From: an uncultured delta proteobacterium
GTDB lineage: Bacteria > Myxococcota_A > UBA9160 > UBA6930
Assembly (NCBI GenBank): GCA_963722885.1
Contig: CAVROS010000015.1
Location: forward strand, 125,282 to 189,281
Direction: 5' to 3'
DNA length: 64,000 nt
Position 1 is the first letter of the stretch. Each line of letters starts with the position of its first letter. Below are positions 9,987 through 19,008 of the stretch, piece after piece. The position numbers were made by a program, and so were the translations under genes. The notes under the pieces are model-generated. The model was not told the DNA's origin. It did not search any database and saw only the letters and a list, made by a program, of their open reading frames with translations.

Positions 9987-11063
9987 ATGGCTGACCGGAA
10001 GGTGATCATTCTCGGTTGCGGTGGCTTCGTCGGAAGTCACCTGACGGAGCGCCTGCTCTCCGACGGACGTTTCGAAGTGCTCGGCTACGACGTGGCCGAC
10101 TCGAAATGCCAGCACCTGCTGGATCACCCGAACTTCCACTTCACCAAGGGCTACCTGGACGTCACCAACACCGAACAGGTGCTGGCACCGGTCCTCGACG
10201 GCGCCGAGGCCATCTATTCCCTGGCTGCCGTCTGCAACCCCGCCGAATACGTGAAGAACCCGGTGTTCACCATCAAATCGAACTTCATCCACGCCTACAA
10301 GCTGGTGGAGATCTGCACGGAGGCGAAGCTCTGGCTGATCCACACCTCTACCTGCGAGGTATACGGTCGGACCATCGCCAGCTACCTGCCCGACAACGAC
10401 TACTCGAATCTGGATCTCTTCGAGCAGCGCGAGGAAGAGACCCCGCTGGTGATGGGTCCCACCGTCAACCAGCGCTGGACCTACGCTGCGTCGAAGGCGC
10501 TCTTCGAGCGGTACATCTACGCGAACCACACGGAGAACGGGCTGCCGTTCACCATCATCCGCCCCTACAACTGGTTCGGGCCGCGCATGGATTACATCCC
10601 GGGCCGGGACGGCGAAGGCATCCCGCGGGTGCTGGCCTGCTTCATGCAGGCGCTCCTCGACGGCGAGCCCATGATGCTCGTGGACGGGGGCAAGGCCTAC
10701 CGGACCATCACCTACATCGAGGACGCGGTGGATGCCCTCTGCCGGATGCTCGAAGTGCCGACCAAGGCCAAGAACAACTTCTTCAATCTCGGCAACCGGG
10801 CCAACGAGGTGACCATGCACGACCTCGCCCACGAGATGCGCGACGTCTACGCCGAGATCACGGGCGACCCGGGATACAAGAGTCACCCGATCGAGGTGAT
10901 CTCCGGGGAGAAGTTCTACGGCCCGGGCTACGAGGACTGCGACCGCCGCGTGCCGGACGTCAGCCGTGCCGAGCGACTCCTGGGATGGAAGGCCAAGGTC
11001 CCGCTCCGCGAGACTCTCTTCCACACCATGAGCCACTTCCACGAGCTGTACGGGAAGAAGTAG
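9987..11063 (+). CDS. NAD-dependent UDP-glucuronate decarboxylase, ArnA C-terminal-domain-like (product a UDP-4-keto-pentose or UDP-pentose)
   Basis: It aligns by eye with E. coli ArnA residues ~315-660 (GCGGFVGSHLTERLL, HFTKGYLD, RPYNWFGPRMDY...MLVDGGKAYRTITYIEDAVDAL, EKFYGPGYEDCDRRVPDVSRAERLLGWKAK). The ATG at 9987 lies after a GAGGGG RBS. Confidence 0.85.
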   Translation: MADRKVIILGCGGFVGSHLTERLLSDGRFEVLGYDVADSKCQHLLDHPNFHFTKGYLDVTNTEQVLAPVLDGAEAIYSLAAVCNPAEYVKNPVFTIKSNFIHAYKLVEICTEAKLWLIHTSTCEVYGRTIASYLPDNDYSNLDLFEQREEETPLVMGPTVNQRWTYAASKALFERYIYANHTENGLPFTIIRPYNWFGPRMDYIPGRDGEGIPRVLACFMQALLDGEPMMLVDGGKAYRTITYIEDAVDALCRMLEVPTKAKNNFFNLGNRANEVTMHDLAHEMRDVYAEITGDPGYKSHPIEVISGEKFYGPGYEDCDRRVPDVSRAERLLGWKAKVPLRETLFHTMSHFHELYGKK

Positions 11064-11068
11064 AAGTC

Positions 11069-11806
11069 CTACGGATTGAGCCGCGGGCGGTAGGCGCCCA
11101 TGCGGTAGCGGATCATCACCCGCAGGCAGCGCAGCCCGTACCAGATCGGGTTCAGGTGGGACTCCTCGTCTGCGTAGCGCGTGGGAATCCCCTGCTCGTC
11201 CACCACCAGCCCGTGTGCACGGGCCGACGCGATCACCTCCAGGTCGAAATCGAAGTAGGTCGAGAGCTGGTCGAAGGGGATGGTGCTGGCGGCCCTTCGG
11301 CTGTAGAGCAGGAAGCCGGAGTGGTAGTCGGTCATCTCCAGGCCGAAGGTGCGGTTCTCCATCCAGGTCAGGATCTTCCCGGCCAGCCACTTGTATTTCG
11401 GCATGCCGCCCTCGAGGGCGGTGTCGTCCTTGTGGCGGCTGCCCTGGAGCACGTCCACCCCGTGCTCGGCCATGTACGCCACGAAGGACAGCACGCTCTC
11501 GGGCGGGTACTGGCCGTCGGCGTGGAGACAGACGATGTACTCCGCATCGGACTCCGCCACGCAGCGGCGCAGTCCTTCGCGCACGACGGTGCCGTAGCCC
11601 CGGTTGGGCTGGCGTGAGACCAGGCGGATCTTGGGCTGATCCCGGGACAGCTCCTCCACGACGGCGTTGGTGTCGTCCTGGCTTCCGTCGTTGATCACGA
11701 AGAGGCTCTCGATGGCATCCCAGAGCTCCGGGGAGATGCGCTCGATCACCCCGGGCAGGGTTCGGGCGGCGTTGTAGGAGGGGATGAAGATGGCCACGCG
11801 GCTCAC
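11069..11806 (-). CDS. GT2-family polyprenyl-phosphate glycosyltransferase (ArnC / Dpm1-like)
   Basis: GT2 motifs are present (VAIFIPSYNAARTL, LFVINDGSQDDT, RNRGYGTVVREG, HADGQY). The GTG start at 11806 lies 5 nt after a GGAGG RBS. The gene is convergent with the decarboxylase gene. Confidence 0.8.
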   Translation of the reverse strand: MSRVAIFIPSYNAARTLPGVIERISPELWDAIESLFVINDGSQDDTNAVVEELSRDQPKIRLVSRQPNRGYGTVVREGLRRCVAESDAEYIVCLHADGQYPPESVLSFVAYMAEHGVDVLQGSRHKDDTALEGGMPKYKWLAGKILTWMENRTFGLEMTDYHSGFLLYSRRAASTIPFDQLSTYFDFDLEVIASARAHGLVVDEQGIPTRYADEESHLNPIWYGLRCLRVMIRYRMGAYRPRLNP

Positions 11807-11997
11807 GAGAACCTCCGATCCGTAGCGCGTCTCCCCCGTGGAGGACGCGGGCCCTCGGGGACGTCCCTGGGCTCCATGGTCTGGCGCGATCGAGCTCGCA
11901 GATATAGGTATAGGGATAGCACTTCGCTGCCTACTCTCCGTTCCCGAAGCCAGGGCTCCGAGGCGACCAGGCGAGGGGCCGGCTCTTGAGCTGCTGA

Positions 11998-13434
11998 ATG
12001 GATCTGATGAAGCCCTCGATCGCAATCGTCGCGCTGCTGCTGGCCTGCTCGCCACGTGAGCTGGAGCCTCGCGAGCTCGGTGAGGCGACCCTCCTCTCGT
12101 GGGTGGGGCCCTCGGGCGCGGAGAGCCAGCTTCTCCTCGACGGCTCGGAGATCGGCCGCCTTCGAAGGGACGGAGAGCACCGGCGACTCTCCGCCGGGCC
12201 GGTCTCGGCGGCGCTCACGCGATCCGGTGCGCCGCTCGAGGCCGGGGCAGCGTATCCGCGCCGGGTAGTCGTCGAGGCACGTCTCGGTGACGACGGCAAA
12301 CCGCTTCGACAGGTGCTCACCTTGCTCGCCCCGCCGGCGCCTCTCTCGATCGAAGGGCTCGGACTCGAGGTCTCGACGGATATGCCGGGTCTCAATCGCG
12401 AGGAGCACGCCGAGCTGCGGGCGTGGCTCGGTACTCAGGGGCTGCCCGCCGACACCACGGCATTCGAGACCCTTCACCAGGCCGGCTCCGGGCGGGAGCT
12501 TCGGGTGTGGTACGAGATCTCCGGACGCCGCGTCGGCGGCACGCTCTCGCGGGGCGATGGTGGCCCGTGGCTGGCCCGGTTCGACTCGCTCTATCGGAGC
12601 GAGGGGGGCGGATTGAAGATCCATCACAAGCGGCCGGGTGAGAACGGCCGCTTCACCTACCACCGGCAGAGCCTCGAGCTGGCGGACATAGTCGAGTCCG
12701 CGTCGGGCGGCCTGCCCGCACTCGTGTCCCATCAGTGCGGCTGCTACGGCTACGCGATCGGTTCCGACTTCATGACGCTCGGGGATTTCCTCTACCACGT
12801 CGAGGCCGATTGGCTCGACGATCGGGTGGGCGCCGACTTCTTCATCGGTCTGGAGCGGCGCGAGGACTTTCCGTGGATCGGTTTCGGCGATCGGCGCCGG
12901 ATGCGGGACCTGGCGCGCCGGGTGAAGGCGTACCGGCTGACGGACGCGCGGGGTGAGCCCTTTGCCGAGATCGCACTGGATCTCCCACCGGCCCCGCCGC
13001 CCTCGGGGTTGGGTCCGGTTTCTTATCGCGTCGACGTCTGGCAATCCGGCGGTGAGCGCGCACCCCTCGCCCGCATCGATCACCGCGCCGCCGGGATCGA
13101 GCTGCGCATCTTTGGCGAGCGAGGGCATTGGCCCGAGTCGCTGGAGCGAATCGACACCCTGCTGGCGGCGATGCCCACACAGGTCGTACGCGGCGACGGC
13201 ATCCGCGACAGTCACCTGGCCGAGATCGAGCAGCTGATCGACTGGACTCGATTGATTCGCGAGCCGACGGAGGATCGGCTGGCCGACGTCGTCAGCGACA
13301 TAGACGCCCTGACTGCGCCTCGAAAGGTCCAGGCCCTGCTCGGATCCGATGCCGAGAGGTTTCAGGCCGAAGCGGCCGCGCGGCCGCCGGAGCCGATCGC
13401 ACCGGGCGCCTTGACCGGCGGCGGCCGACGATGA
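11998..13434 (+). CDS. hypothetical lipoprotein (478 aa)
   Basis: The signal peptide carries a lipobox (IVALLLAC-S). Composition is not arginine-dominated. No family was recognised. Confidence 0.5.
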   Translation: MDLMKPSIAIVALLLACSPRELEPRELGEATLLSWVGPSGAESQLLLDGSEIGRLRRDGEHRRLSAGPVSAALTRSGAPLEAGAAYPRRVVVEARLGDDGKPLRQVLTLLAPPAPLSIEGLGLEVSTDMPGLNREEHAELRAWLGTQGLPADTTAFETLHQAGSGRELRVWYEISGRRVGGTLSRGDGGPWLARFDSLYRSEGGGLKIHHKRPGENGRFTYHRQSLELADIVESASGGLPALVSHQCGCYGYAIGSDFMTLGDFLYHVEADWLDDRVGADFFIGLERREDFPWIGFGDRRRMRDLARRVKAYRLTDARGEPFAEIALDLPPAPPPSGLGPVSYRVDVWQSGGERAPLARIDHRAAGIELRIFGERGHWPESLERIDTLLAAMPTQVVRGDGIRDSHLAEIEQLIDWTRLIREPTEDRLADVVSDIDALTAPRKVQALLGSDAERFQAEAAARPPEPIAPGALTGGGRR

Positions 13435-13471
13435 GAGGATGTGCCACACTTTCATTGGTGGGATCCCACCC

Positions 13472-13879
13472 ATGATGCATCGCATTGCGCTCAGGGTGAT
13501 CTTCGCGGTGTGTCTCGCCGCGGCGTTCTCCTGCGCGTCGAACACGTTCTCAGGCGCCAACGAGCCCGATTTCGACGAGGTGGTTCGCCGCTACCGAACG
13601 CTCGAGCCGCACAAGGCCCTCGCCCTCGCCACGGAGGCCGACGGGCGCTGGGTGTACGGTGTGCGCTTCGCAAGCAGCTCGCCGGAGCAGGCGATCGAGG
13701 AAGCCATCGATGAGTGTCGCAAGAAGTCGCGCCTGGACGGGACGCGAGCGCGCTGCATCCTCTTCGCGGTCGAGAACCAGCCCGCGCCCGACACGAAGAG
13801 AGACTGCCTCACCGGAATGATCCCCTCCCAACGCTGCGCCATGCAGCGACGCCACTACGGCGCTCTCACCAAGCCGTAA
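13472..13879 (+). CDS. small secreted hypothetical protein
   Basis: The signal peptide is MMHRIALRVIFAVCLAAAFSCAS. There are four Cys in the mature part. Confidence 0.45.
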   Translation: MMHRIALRVIFAVCLAAAFSCASNTFSGANEPDFDEVVRRYRTLEPHKALALATEADGRWVYGVRFASSSPEQAIEEAIDECRKKSRLDGTRARCILFAVENQPAPDTKRDCLTGMIPSQRCAMQRRHYGALTKP

Positions 13880-13888
13880 GGCGGGAGC

Positions 13889-14359
13889 TCAGGAGCGCCG
13901 AACCCGGTACCGGAAGTCGCACTGGGAGGCGCCTTCCATGCAGGTCTGGGTTCGCTGCAGATCGAGACCCCACGCCTCGGCGGCTGGAAAGTCCCCGTCG
14001 CAGAGAAGCAGTGCGCCGAGGTCGAGGGCGTCGAGCTCCTCCATCATCTCCTTGTACCGGCAGCGAGTCACGTTGAAGTCGAAGGCCTCCTCGTCTTCCC
14101 GCAGAATCTCGTACTCCAGGGCTCCGCCAGCTCCCGCGTTCTTCGCCAGCCCCTTCTCACTGAACGGCATCTTCGTGGGGCGCTTACCCTTCAGCGCCCG
14201 TTCGACGTCCACCTTCGTCGTCTCGGCACGGGCGCGCGCCACGATCTCGTGAGCGCGCTCCACTCCCAGCTCATTCTCGAATGCGCGAATGATCGGGATC
14301 AGCGCCTCGACCTCGATTCGCGCGCGTTCGAAATCCGTCAGACGGGGCGCATCAGGCAT
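13889..14359 (-). CDS. L-2-amino-thiazoline-4-carboxylic acid (ATC) hydrolase-family protein
   Basis: The C-terminal signature NVTRCRYKEM...LLCDGDFPAAEAWGL...RTQTCMEGASQCDFRYR matches the ATC_hydrolase family pattern. Confidence 0.65.
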   Translation of the reverse strand: MPDAPRLTDFERARIEVEALIPIIRAFENELGVERAHEIVARARAETTKVDVERALKGKRPTKMPFSEKGLAKNAGAGGALEYEILREDEEAFDFNVTRCRYKEMMEELDALDLGALLLCDGDFPAAEAWGLDLQRTQTCMEGASQCDFRYRVRRS

Positions 14360-14456
14360 TGGAGGGCCCTCCTGGTTGGCATTATACCCCGACTCTTTGC
14401 CGGACGAGAGCGGCCGCCGCGGGTCTTCTCTCCGCAGGCGCCTCGGCGAGGCCGGC

Positions 14457-14954
14457 CTACGTGGTCGGAGACGCCTTCAAGCCCATCACGCGTCCCACCT
14501 GCTGTGGTATCGGCAGGGCGCTGTGGGCGCGCCCGATCTCGGCGAGGCGCTCGAGAATCTGCGCCGCCATGGGAGCGCTGCGGCGGGTCTCCTGGCTGAC
14601 GTGCAGACTCATCAGCTCATTGGTCGCCGCCAGGTAGCCCTCCTGCGCGTGGTACATCTCGTGGAAGTAGTGGATGCGTTTCGCGTCGAAGCCGAGCAGC
14701 CGGGTGGTGAAGCGCAGCTCGTCGCCTTTCCCCACCTCGCGCGCGTAGGTGACGTGGGACTCCAGTGAGAAGGTCGCGATCTTCGCGCTTCTCCGGTGCT
14801 CGGTGTCGAGACCGATGTAGTCGAGCCAGGCGTCCGTCGCGAAGTCGAAGACGACCACGTAGTAGCCCATGTTGAGGTGGCCGTTCCGGTCGATCCACGC
14901 GTCGCGGACGACGTCGCGATAGCCTTCGAAGGGGGCGGAGATCGTCTCAATCAC
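14457..14954 (-). CDS. hotdog-fold acyl-CoA thioesterase (4HBT / YbgC-like)
   Basis: The protein is about 165 aa with a thioesterase-superfamily pattern (DRNGHLNMGYYVVVFDFATDAWL). The GTG start lies 8 nt after the stop of the upstream small ORF. Confidence 0.7.
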   Translation of the reverse strand: MIETISAPFEGYRDVVRDAWIDRNGHLNMGYYVVVFDFATDAWLDYIGLDTEHRRSAKIATFSLESHVTYAREVGKGDELRFTTRLLGFDAKRIHYFHEMYHAQEGYLAATNELMSLHVSQETRRSAPMAAQILERLAEIGRAHSALPIPQQVGRVMGLKASPTT

Positions 14955-14963
14955 GAGGAGATC

Positions 14964-15203
14964 TCACGCGGACTCGTCCCGCCGTCGAAAGCGCCGTGCC
15001 AGCGCTGCGAAGGGCCGACCCACGGTCCATCCCAGTACGCGTGGATTGAGTGCGACGCGCAGCAGCTGGGGGAGCTCCGCCTGGTCGATGATGGTCTCGG
15101 ACTCCCAGATGCCCATCTTCCCGATCATCACCAGCGACGTGTCGCGGACCTCCACGCGCTCCACGACGATCTCGAACTCCCCCGCTCCACTGATCACCTG
15201 CAT
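14964..15203 (-). CDS. small hypothetical protein (79 aa), translationally coupled between the nitroreductase-like gene and the thioesterase gene
   Basis: It is an ATG-initiated ORF with non-arginine-biased composition, tightly packed in the operon. No homology was recognised. Confidence 0.35.
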   Translation of the reverse strand: MQVISGAGEFEIVVERVEVRDTSLVMIGKMGIWESETIIDQAELPQLLRVALNPRVLGWTVGRPFAALARRFRRRDESA

Positions 15204-15235
15204 CTTCGCCGTGCCCCCTTTTCAACGGACTCCGC

Positions 15236-16561
15236 TCAGGCGGAGTGCCAGAGCGTCATGTGGTCGCGCTGCGCCTCGGTGTAGGCGCCCTTCTTGTAGA
15301 AGCGGTCGTAGAACTCGAGATCCAGGTGGTGGGCCTGTACCCAGCAGCCCGGGGTCGAGATCGCGTCGACGTGAGATGGGAAGCGACCGTAGGTCTCGTA
15401 GATGTAGTTGCAGATGTCCTTCACGCACTGCACCAGCGCGTCGCTGTAGCGGGGGACGCCCGTCACCAGCTCGTGGTGATTCGAGAAAGCGCTGGCGGGT
15501 TCGCGCTGGGGGTCGTAGAGGCCGCCGGAGCCGAACTTCGCCTCGACTACCGCGTCGACCGCCGCGTCCATGCTCGGGTAGAAGGGGGGACAGTACGCCT
15601 CCAGGATTCCCTCCCGCCCGACGGGGCTCGGGATCCCCTTGGTCGATCCGCCCTTGCCGGTCACGAAGCGGAAGCCCAGGCCCTTGGCCAGGGGCGTGCC
15701 TCCCAGCAGCACCATCGCGGTGGGATGGGCGTGCACCCAGCCACCCAGCCCCATCGCCTGGATGGCCAGGAGGAGGTTCTGGATGATGAAGCCGGACTCG
15801 ATCTCCGAGACCTTCCCGAAGTAGCTGATCGGCGCCGTGTACATGGCGTTGAGCAGGCCCTCCTTGACCCAGCGCTCGCAGCCGGCGGGCCGGTTTCCGT
15901 TGTCGGGATCCACCAGCGTGATGCCACCGTCGGGCCAGCCGCACATCAGCAGGAGCACGTTGATCAGCTCGAAGGTGGTGTCTGCAACGGGCAGGAAGAT
16001 CGTCGATCCGGGGATGTCGGAGGTCGGAATGTTGAAGGGCAGCATGGTCGGGTAGCTGTGCGGGTACTCTGGCCGCCCGTCGAAGAGCTTGACGGCGCAC
16101 TTTCGGTGAAACTCGAGGATCTTGGCCCGGTCGTCCTGGTTCTGGTAGAGCAGCAGCTCGTCGGGCGTGGTCTCGTGAAGCTTCATCACGTAGGTGCCCT
16201 CGTCGTTCCAGAAGAAGAGCTCGGTATCGTGCGAGGCGCAGGGGCTGGGCCAGGTGCGGCCGGCGAACTGGATCATGGTGTTGCCGCCCATGTCGCGGCC
16301 CTGCTCGTCGCAGAAGGGGAGGTCGGCGAGATTCAATCCGCTGAGTCCCGTCGCGGCCTGCACCAGCAGGGCCTCCTCCAGCTCGTCGAGCGGCAGGGGC
16401 GGCTGCTCTGACTTGAACTGGGTGGGACCGCCAGGGATCTCGGACCCCAGGGCGATGCGCCGGGTCCGGCGCTTGAAGATCGCCTCCATCAGCGGATAGC
16501 TCCAGGCGGCATCGAATCCCGCCGGAATCTGGCCGGTCGTCTTCGGATCACTGTTCGACAT
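15236..16561 (-). CDS. nitroreductase-superfamily protein, atypically long (441 aa) with large internal insertion (SagB/ThcOx-like?)
   Basis: The N-terminal block is FKRRTRRIALGSE...PLPLDELEEALLVQAATGLSG and the C-terminal block is GFIIQNLLLAIQAMGLGGWV, separated by ~250 aa. The ATG at 16561 lies after a GGAGGA RBS. Confidence 0.55.
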   Translation of the reverse strand: MSNSDPKTTGQIPAGFDAAWSYPLMEAIFKRRTRRIALGSEIPGGPTQFKSEQPPLPLDELEEALLVQAATGLSGLNLADLPFCDEQGRDMGGNTMIQFAGRTWPSPCASHDTELFFWNDEGTYVMKLHETTPDELLLYQNQDDRAKILEFHRKCAVKLFDGRPEYPHSYPTMLPFNIPTSDIPGSTIFLPVADTTFELINVLLLMCGWPDGGITLVDPDNGNRPAGCERWVKEGLLNAMYTAPISYFGKVSEIESGFIIQNLLLAIQAMGLGGWVHAHPTAMVLLGGTPLAKGLGFRFVTGKGGSTKGIPSPVGREGILEAYCPPFYPSMDAAVDAVVEAKFGSGGLYDPQREPASAFSNHHELVTGVPRYSDALVQCVKDICNYIYETYGRFPSHVDAISTPGCWVQAHHLDLEFYDRFYKKGAYTEAQRDHMTLWHSA

Positions 16562-16694
16562 CTCGCGGTCCTCCGCTCCCCCCGCCCGATTATAGACTCG
16601 GGGCCAAGCGGGATGTCGATGGATTTCTGCCTCCGAGCCGAACCGAACCGGCTGGATTCTGTCGGAAAATCTGCCTAGCGTTGGTGCGGGGAAG

Positions 16695-17951
16695 ATGGGG
16701 ATCGAAATCGGCCAGCCGATCGGGCCAGGCGCTTCCGGGCAGCGCGAGGGGGATCCCGCGGCCGGCGATCGCCTGCGGGCGCTCAGCCGCGTGACGGCGC
16801 TGGCGGCCGTCGCCAATCTGCTGCTCGTCGTCGTGAAGGGTGGCGTCGGGCTGCTCGGCGGCTCCAGCGTGCTGGTGGCCGACGCGGTTCACAGTCTTTC
16901 GGACCTCGCGACCGACGTAGTGGCACTGTTCAGTCTTCGGGTGGCCTCGAAGCCCCCGGACGAGGATCATCCCTACGGGCACGGGCGCTACGAGACGTTG
17001 GGGACGGTGTTTCTCGGCGTGATCCTGCTCGGCGCCGCGGTGGGGATCACCTGGGAAGCCTCGAGCCGATTCGGGGAGTCGGTGGTACCGGCCGGGATCA
17101 CGCTTTGGGCGGCCGGTCTCAGCATCGCCGTCAAGGAGGCGCTCTTCCAGCTCACGGTTCGAGTCGGTCGGCGGCACGAGAGCCCGCTGGTGGTCGCCAA
17201 CGCGTGGCACCAGCGCTCCGACGCCCTCTCCTCGGTTGCGGCGCTGGCGGGAATCGCAGGGGCGAGGATGGGGTTTCCCATCCTCGATCCGGCGGCAGCC
17301 GTGGTGGTCGCAGCGCTGATTGCGAAGATGGCCATCTCGGTCTTGGTTGGAGCGGTTCGCGAGGTCACCGATACGGCGCTTCAGCGAGAGATGCTCCGCG
17401 ATCTCGGCGCCGGAATTCGACGTCTCCCTGGGGTGGTGAGCCTGCACGAGCTTCGAGCGCGACGGATGGGCCCGCGGATACTGGTGGATCTTCACGTGCA
17501 GGTCGATGCCTCGACGACCGTCTCCGACGGCCACCAGGTCGCCGAGCGGGTCCGGGAGTTCGTCTTCCGGGAGCATGGAGGCGTGTCGGAGGTGCTCGTC
17601 CACATCGATCCCGAGCCCGACGAGGACCTGGCGCCGGCGGACCAGCTGTCTCGCCCCCGCGACGAGATCGAGAGCGAGGTGCGCGGGATCGCGCAGCGGG
17701 TCGATGGCGTCCGGGCGGTGACCCACGTGTTGGTCCACTTCGTGGAGCGCCGCGTGGTGCTTCAAGTCGAGATCGAGGTGGACCCCGAGCTTCGAGTCCA
17801 CCAGGCCGCTGCGGTCGCGCGAGCGCTGCGGGAGAGACTCGAGGCCGTCGGCGACGTGGATTGCGCGGACATCCACCTGGAGCTCGACGACCTCGCGCAC
17901 CGGGAGCTGCCCGCGACGCTCCAGGGACCGCGCGATCGGGGACGTTGTTGA
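16695..17951 (+). CDS. cation diffusion facilitator (CDF) family metal efflux transporter
   Basis: It has six TM segments with H/D metal-site residues (HSLSDL, HQRSD) plus a C-terminal cytoplasmic domain. The stop codon lies inside the hairpin repeat. Confidence 0.85.
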   Translation: MGIEIGQPIGPGASGQREGDPAAGDRLRALSRVTALAAVANLLLVVVKGGVGLLGGSSVLVADAVHSLSDLATDVVALFSLRVASKPPDEDHPYGHGRYETLGTVFLGVILLGAAVGITWEASSRFGESVVPAGITLWAAGLSIAVKEALFQLTVRVGRRHESPLVVANAWHQRSDALSSVAALAGIAGARMGFPILDPAAAVVVAALIAKMAISVLVGAVREVTDTALQREMLRDLGAGIRRLPGVVSLHELRARRMGPRILVDLHVQVDASTTVSDGHQVAERVREFVFREHGGVSEVLVHIDPEPDEDLAPADQLSRPRDEIESEVRGIAQRVDGVRAVTHVLVHFVERRVVLQVEIEVDPELRVHQAAAVARALRERLEAVGDVDCADIHLELDDLAHRELPATLQGPRDRGRC

Positions 17952-17969
17952 ACGCTCAACAACGTCCCC
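17938..17969. repeat. 32-nt palindromic hairpin GGGGACGTTGTTGA-ACGC-TCAACAACGTCCCC; member of GGGGACGTT...AACGTCCCC repeat family
   Basis: A perfect 14-nt stem with a 4-nt loop overlaps the stop codon of the CDF gene. Confidence 0.6.
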
Positions 17970-18068
17970 GATGACGGAGGCGTAGACACACCACTCCCCG
18001 AGCATCCCGCCGGAGGGGGCCGGAGGGGTGCTCTGAAGAGGTCACCGCTTCAGGAACTGTCGCTCGGC

Positions 18069-18284
18069 TCAATCGCCCCCGCGATACTTGAAGGAGACGT
18101 TCACCCTGGCGCGGTAGGCGAGCACCTTGCCGCCGTCGATCTGCAGGTCGAGCTTCGCGATCTCGGCGATCCGCAGGTCTTCCAGGCTCTGCGCAGCTCT
18201 ATCCACTGCGGCAGTCGCAGCCTTCTCCCAGGATTCGGTGCTGGTTCCGACCAGCTCGATGATCTTGTAGACGCTCTCGGCCAT
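18069..18284 (-). CDS. dodecin (flavin-binding) family protein
   Basis: MAESVYKIIELVGTSTESWEKAA...VSFK matches the dodecin fold signature. An AGGAGG RBS is present. Confidence 0.8.
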   Translation of the reverse strand: MAESVYKIIELVGTSTESWEKAATAAVDRAAQSLEDLRIAEIAKLDLQIDGGKVLAYRARVNVSFKYRGGD

Positions 18285-18435
18285 GTCGCTCTCCTCTTCC
18301 CGGAGATGGCGCCCGAGCGGGCCACGCCATCCAGGGGGTGCTTCCATCTTACGCCCTGGTGTCGGGAAGCCCAACGAGAATCGGTCGCTGGGTGACATTT
18401 CGAGGTGACGCGCGCAACGCGCCCGAATGGCGTAT

Positions 18436-19008
18436 TTAGAAAAGCAGGATCAGCAGCAGAGTCAATGTCGCTAGCGGCCAGATCCACGCCAGATCGCCCG
18501 GCCCCCCGCGGCCTGTGAGTCCGTGACTTCGCCTGATCCGGAGCAGCCGGTACTTCTCCGTCAGCGCGGCGAGCTTCTGATCCGAATCGGTTCTCGGTCG
18601 AATTCCCGCCAGCCAGGCGGCGAAGCCGCTGGCGATCAGGACCTTACGCAACAGGTCGATTCGGTTGTCCGAGCCACTGATGTCGGTGGCGCTGCCCGCC
18701 CACCAGCCGTCGGGGAGCCAGATCTCGACCTCCGGATTGGCGAGGATGTTGCGGTACCAATCCGAGCCGCTTCCGAAGCCGGCGAGGCAGTAGACGTCGC
18801 CGTCGACGACGACGTAGTTGAGGGGCGTTCGCCTTCTCATCCCCGTCTTGCGGCCCACATGGGTGAGCACCATGATGCGGCCGCCGACGCTCGGCCATGC
18901 GTTGAGCCCCCCGCCCAGGCCCAGGCGGAAGAGAGCCAACATGAACCGGTTCAGGTATTTGAAGGATTTGAGCAGCAGGTCTTCCGCTTTGGTTCTCGCC
19001 TCACTCAT
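18436..19008 (-). CDS. nitroreductase-family deazaflavin-dependent oxidoreductase (DUF385; F420H2-dependent reductase-like)
   Basis: The DUF385 core is MVLTHVGRKTGMRRRTPLNYVVVDGDVYCLAGFGSGSDWYRN. The gene overlaps the GH31 gene end by 4 nt. Confidence 0.8.
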   Translation of the reverse strand: MSEARTKAEDLLLKSFKYLNRFMLALFRLGLGGGLNAWPSVGGRIMVLTHVGRKTGMRRRTPLNYVVVDGDVYCLAGFGSGSDWYRNILANPEVEIWLPDGWWAGSATDISGSDNRIDLLRKVLIASGFAAWLAGIRPRTDSDQKLAALTEKYRLLRIRRSHGLTGRGGPGDLAWIWPLATLTLLLILLF

